In this document: positions 57,368 to 64,000 of the stretch, one piece after another | Layout: each line of letters begins with the position of its first letter | How positions within the stretch are numbered: position 1 is the first letter of the stretch | Assembly: GCA_041742135.1 (NCBI GenBank) | Contig: JBGSJG010000004.1 | Location: 171,773-235,772 of the forward strand | Origin: Patescibacteria group bacterium | GTDB lineage: Bacteria; Patescibacteriota; Microgenomatia; UBA8517 | DNA length: 64,000 nt | Direction: 5' to 3' | The notes under the pieces: generated by a model | Told to the model about the DNA's origin: nothing | Seen by the model: the letters and a program-made list of their open reading frames with translations, nothing else | The model's database searches: none | Position numbers and translations under genes: made by a program

Positions 57368-58798
57368 AAAATACCTAGACCAAACGGGCGAAATAGGCTA
57401 TGTCGCCAAGATAGTTCACTCAATAGTTTACGTAAAAGGCTTGCCGTCAGCGCAGACTTACGAGGTTGTATTGTTTGAAAACGGTGGTATGGGCCTTGTC
57501 CTTTCGCTCCGAGCTAAATATGTCGAAGTACTACTCTTGTCTAACAAAAGTGTCGAAGTAGGGCAGCAGGTTGCACGCACAAACGAGCTTCTTCAGGTTC
57601 CACTTGGACCTGAACTTCTGGGCAAGATGATCTCGCCTTTGGGAACTTCCATCAAAGGCTCGACCGTTATAGCTAAGCCTGCCGAACTTCGCCCCATCGA
57701 TAGTGAGCCTATGGGTATCTTGGGAAGGCTTGAAGTAAAGCGCCCTTTGGAAACCGGGGTTAAAATAGTCGATTTAGTGGTTCCGTTGGGTCGTGGCCAG
57801 AGGGAGCTGGTTGTGGGGGACAGAAAAACTGGAAAAACGTTATTTTTGATGCAGACCATACTATCCCAGGCAAGACTGGGGACTGTTTGCATTTATGCCT
57901 CAATTGGTAAACGCCAGAGCGAGCTTAAGGGAATTATTAAGTTTATTAAAGAAAACAATATAACAAAAAATACCATAATAGTCGCAACTGTAGCAGGAGA
58001 CCCTCCGGGGCTAATTTATTTGACTCCTTATACCGCAATGACCATCGCTGAGTATTTTCGTGATCAAGGCCAAGACACTCTTGTGATTATGGATGACATG
58101 TCTGCGCACGCGAGTTGTTACAGAGAGATCACGCTTTTGGCCAGAAGATTCCCAGGTAGGAGTTCTTACCCGGGCGATATTTTTTACCTTCACGCCAAGC
58201 TAATGGAACGAGCTGGGAGTTTTGAAAAAGCTGCCATCACATGTTTGCCGGTGGCCGAGGTGGCCATGGGAGATATGTCAGGATATATACAAACAAATTT
58301 GATGTCTATGACAGATGGTCATATATATTTTGATATAGATAGATATAATCGTGGTATTAGGCCAGCCATAAATCCGTTTTTGTCCGTTACTCGCGTGGGG
58401 CTTCAAGCTCAGTCGCCGTTGGTTCGGGATCTAAACAGGCAGCTCTCAAGTTTTTTAGTTCATTTGGAGGACTTAAAAGACTTTATGCACTTTGGAGCTG
58501 AAGTAAGCGAGTCTCTTAAAAACACGCTTAATTTGGGCGCCCGGGTTGAGGCGCTTTTGGGCCAAGCGCAGCTCGAAGTGATCCCTGTTAATATTGCCAT
58601 ATTTCTTCTGGCTGCCATTTGGGGTGGTGTAGCCAAAGATTCAGGTAAAGAGCAAGTTCGAGCTTTATACCAAAAGAGTACAGAGCGATACCTAAACGAG
58701 CCTGAGTTTGCAAAGTATGTCAACAACACCCTCATGGCAACTCCGTCGTTTTCTGAATTAGCAATAAAGATAGCAAAACAAGAAAGGGAGATATTCGC

Positions 58799-58802
<4 letters not shown>
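57354..58802 (+). CDS. atpA: F1-ATPase subunit alpha (divergent)
   Basis: GRGQRELVVGDRKTGKT, PGR.SYPGDIFYLH, TDGHIY, SVTRVG. Confidence 0.92.
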
Positions 58803-61309
<2,507 letters not shown>

Positions 61310-61318
61310 CTTCAATTG

Positions 61319-61390
61319 TCGGGGTGCTGGGAATTGAACCCAGTGTCTCTACGTCCCGAACGTAGCGTGTTACCGATCCACCACACCCCG
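61319..61390 (-). tRNA. tRNA-Pro(CGG)
   Basis: CGGGGTG acceptor, CTACG-TTCGGGA-CGTAG anticodon arm, TTCAATT T-loop. Confidence 0.92.
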
Positions 61391-61489
61391 ATGGTCTGCC
61401 CACATAATAGCCCAAAAGTGCATTAAGCACAAATCTTGTTCGATATAGTAATATTGATTCGTATCCCATAGTAACAGTGTTTTTGAAAG

Positions 61490-61512
61490 TTATCCACAAT
61501 TTCTGTGTACAA
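61490..61512. promoter_or_regulatory. perfect DnaA box plus an inverted degenerate box
   Basis: TTATCCACA at 61490-61498 and TGTGTACAA at 61504-61512. Confidence 0.45.
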
Positions 61513-61578
61513 AAAATCGTATCCTATAGCACAAGCTCGACTTTCTTATTTCAATCCTAAGGGTGTAGAATAAGTACC

Positions 61579-62250
61579 ATGGCCACTTTATTCATTGTTG
61601 CGACGCCAATTGGTAATTTGGGAGACATCTCGACCCGTGCAATTGAAACACTTAAAAACGTAGAGCTGATATTGGCAGAAGACACAAGAGTTACCAAAAA
61701 GCTTCTTGATCGCTTCCAGATTGAAACATCACTTGAAAGCTATCACCAGCATTCGGGAGAGGAAAAAATGTATCGAATCCTTAATTTTTTGATGTCAGGC
61801 AAGGATGTGGCTCTTGTAACTGATGCGGGCACACCGGGAGTAAGCGATCCGGGGAACGAACTAGTTGATTTTATCAGTAGGAATTTCAGTAAACCTTCAA
61901 TTCAGATAATTCCAATTCCGGGCCCCTCAGCTGTTACAGCCGCTCTTTCTGTTTGCGGGTTTGATGTCAGTCAGTATATGTTCGTAGGTTTTTGGCCTAA
62001 AAAGAAAGCTTCAAAATATATCAAAATGCTTAAAGACTTGGAAATGCCGCTGGTGTTTTTTGAATCCCCGCACCGTATTGTAAAAACGCTGGACAAATTG
62101 GCTGGGCAGTTGGGCGAGCGCCAAGTTTTTGTCGGGCGAGAGCTAACCAAGATGTTTGAGCTCCACTATAGAGGCAGTTTGGCTGAAGTTTCAGCTCAGC
62201 TTAAGGCCGAAAAGAATTTACGAGGCGAGATTGTGGTTGTTATTCAGTGA
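61579..62250 (+). CDS. rsmI: 16S rRNA (cytidine1402-2'-O)-methyltransferase
   Basis: LFIVATPIGNLGDIS, AEDTR, DAGTPGVSDPG, RELTKMFE. Confidence 0.95.
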   Translation: MATLFIVATPIGNLGDISTRAIETLKNVELILAEDTRVTKKLLDRFQIETSLESYHQHSGEEKMYRILNFLMSGKDVALVTDAGTPGVSDPGNELVDFISRNFSKPSIQIIPIPGPSAVTAALSVCGFDVSQYMFVGFWPKKKASKYIKMLKDLEMPLVFFESPHRIVKTLDKLAGQLGERQVFVGRELTKMFELHYRGSLAEVSAQLKAEKNLRGEIVVVIQ

Positions 62251-62473
62251 CGCTGGGAGGAGTCGGCGGCGATCCGGCCTTTGGCACAACCAACCTTTCC
62301 CTGTCGCGCTTTGCGCTTTTATGAATTACCCTGTGCCCTCAGAGGGAATCGAACCCCCATCTTACCCTTAGGACGGGTCTGCTCTATCCGTTGAGCTATG
62401 AGGGCAATTCATACAGGATGGACCGCTCTACTGCGCAGTAGCAAGCTTCGCTTATCCATTGAGCTACAGCGCC
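62248..62473 (-). ncRNA. tRNA-like shell (degenerate, insertion-bearing tRNA) enclosing tRNA-Arg
   Basis: GGCGCTG/CAGCGTC-A acceptor stem, D-arm GCTCAATGGATA..GAGC with a 24-nt insert, CGACTCCTCC T-arm remnant. Confidence 0.5.
62334..62405 (-). tRNA. tRNA-Arg(CCT)
   Basis: GCCCTCA/TGAGGGC acceptor, D-loop AACGGATA, anticodon loop GTCCTAA, TTCGATT. Confidence 0.92.
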
Positions 62474-62493
62474 GCGAGTATATTTTACCAAAT

Positions 62494-63666
62494 TTACTTC
62501 AAGGCAAGCCAGTAGAGGTTGGTTGGTGAATCGGTCGCGCCAAAATTTGTTAGAAGAAGAAGCCGGTTGACGTTAGTGGAAGGGTAGGCAATCGGATAGA
62601 CATAATTACCTGTAAATACTGTTTTTCGATTTGTGCCGTCGTAATCAATAACTGAGATTTTGTCTTTCTCTGGGATTGCGAGATTGAGAGAGTTTGAAAT
62701 CCAATAAATTACTTCTTCTGAGGTAGCAATTTTAAAATTACGGTCCTCGCGAATGTCGTAAACGTACTTGTTGCCTTCGGATATATTTCTCTCTTGAGGC
62801 TGTGTTGAAGACCCCGGAAGTTGTCTGGCTACATCTTCAACAAGTGTGGCGCTAGCTGTGGCTGTATAGAGAATGCGGTTTTCGTCGGGGGAGAAATGTA
62901 AGTCTTTAGCACTGCTGGCGAATACACTCTCAATTTCGTCCGGCAGGGGGGCAATTCTTGCGGCGAGCCGTGCGGCTTTTATGTCTGCCCATTCTTTGGT
63001 AATAGCAGCAAGACTGGCAGATACATTCACCCGAGCAGCTTGGGGAGTGAATTGAGACGCATCCAGTCTATAAATGCCTGTATTGGTTGTTAGCAAAATC
63101 TCTCGAGCGTCAGGTGAAAATTCGTAAATCGCATTTGTTAAATCCCCGTCTGTGATACGCCTAGGGTCACGATTAAACCCCAAAGGCAGATTAATCGTCT
63201 CCATTATCCATAATCCCGAGCGCTCAAGATTGTCTTCTGATGGAGTAACTACGTAGGCAATTTTACTAAAATCCTCGCTGGCAATTGGGTTGACGGCGCC
63301 CGAGAAAGTAAGAGCGCTTAAAGATGGAGCAGTGGAAACCAAGAAGGCGTCCACCTGAGTTACTGTTTCTTTCTCGATTGTGACAGTCTTGCTCCAGGCC
63401 AAATAGCCTTCTTTTTTGATCGAAACCTCGTAGTTGCCGGGAGGAAGAGAGATCGCGTTATCGGTTGCGGTTTTGAGCTCTCCGTTGACAAACACCTGGG
63501 CGGCTATGGGATCGGAATTGGCTACAAGTAGGCCAGTTGGCCCCAGCGTAATGTTTTCCTCATTGTTTTGAATTCTGTAACCACGGGCATACATAATCGC
63601 GAGCGTGCCGATAAGGCCCACGACGATTATTGTCGACAAAAAAACCAATGCTCGGAAACGGGGCAT
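62494..63666 (-). CDS. PEGA domain-containing membrane-anchored protein
   Basis: N-terminal TM (YARGYR), PEGA (LPPGNYEVSIKKEGY), beta-propeller-like FSPD repeats. Confidence 0.85.
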   Translation of the reverse strand: MPRFRALVFLSTIIVVGLIGTLAIMYARGYRIQNNEENITLGPTGLLVANSDPIAAQVFVNGELKTATDNAISLPPGNYEVSIKKEGYLAWSKTVTIEKETVTQVDAFLVSTAPSLSALTFSGAVNPIASEDFSKIAYVVTPSEDNLERSGLWIMETINLPLGFNRDPRRITDGDLTNAIYEFSPDAREILLTTNTGIYRLDASQFTPQAARVNVSASLAAITKEWADIKAARLAARIAPLPDEIESVFASSAKDLHFSPDENRILYTATASATLVEDVARQLPGSSTQPQERNISEGNKYVYDIREDRNFKIATSEEVIYWISNSLNLAIPEKDKISVIDYDGTNRKTVFTGNYVYPIAYPSTNVNRLLLLTNFGATDSPTNLYWLALK

Positions 63667-63694
63667 ATAATGTATTATATACTACACTTTGACT

Positions 63695-64000
63695 ATGCGA
63701 AAAAAGATAGCGATCGATTTGGGAACAGCTAACACTCTGGTTTGGATTGCTGGCGAGGGCATTGTGGCTAATGAGCCAACTGTTGTGGCTGTTTCTGTTG
63801 AAGACAATGTGGTCGTTGCCGTTGGCGAAGACGCCAAGAAGATGCTTGGGCGAACCCCGGAGACTTTGATGGCCCTCCGGCCCATGCGTGAAGGCGTGAT
63901 CGCGGATTATCAAGTCACACGCTCGATGCTTAAGTATTTTATAAATAAAGTCTCGGGCAGAGTCCAATTTATCAAGCCCGACGTGATGATTTGTGTTCCT
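63695..64000 (+). CDS. mreB: rod shape-determining protein MreB (partial, runs off the window)
   Basis: Manual translation MRKKIAIDLGTANTLV...NEPTVVA...GRTP...RPMREGVIADY. Confidence 0.92.
   Translation, partial: MRKKIAIDLGTANTLVWIAGEGIVANEPTVVAVSVEDNVVVAVGEDAKKMLGRTPETLMALRPMREGVIADYQVTRSMLKYFINKVSGRVQFIKPDVMICVP

Overview
Bacterial chromosome segment. Gene content and style (split ComEC, VirB2-like pilin fusion, DUF2341/LamG and giant surface proteins, many apparently leaderless genes) suggest a Patescibacteria/CPR genome, probably Microgenomates; this is inference. Left to right: two paralogous Ser/Thr-rich orphan proteins; a glycosylation/methylation cluster with eukaryote-like enzymes (ppGalNAc-T-like, RGP/UDP-arabinopyranose mutase-like, DUF616-like); two membrane proteins built on mobile-element DNA-binding domains; housekeeping and competence genes (leuS, comEA, comEC, argS); a GH5-pilin fusion; and a 25 kb minus-strand operon encoding a 4832-aa HTH-TM-fibre protein and two multi-LamG proteins. 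Divergent from that operon is an atypical F1-ATPase operon with no subunit a in the window. Its only c-like gene lacks the ion-binding carboxylate and is fused to an extracellular domain related to the giant protein's C-terminal region; gpmI is embedded and epsilon is truncated. A 25-bp dyad element (22/25 identical) lies upstream of both operons. Best candidate for a novel system: a repurposed ATP-driven F1 motor coupled to a giant surface fibre. A tRNA-Arg nested inside a tRNA-like shell is also visible. All family assignments come from motif recognition by eye, not database searches.
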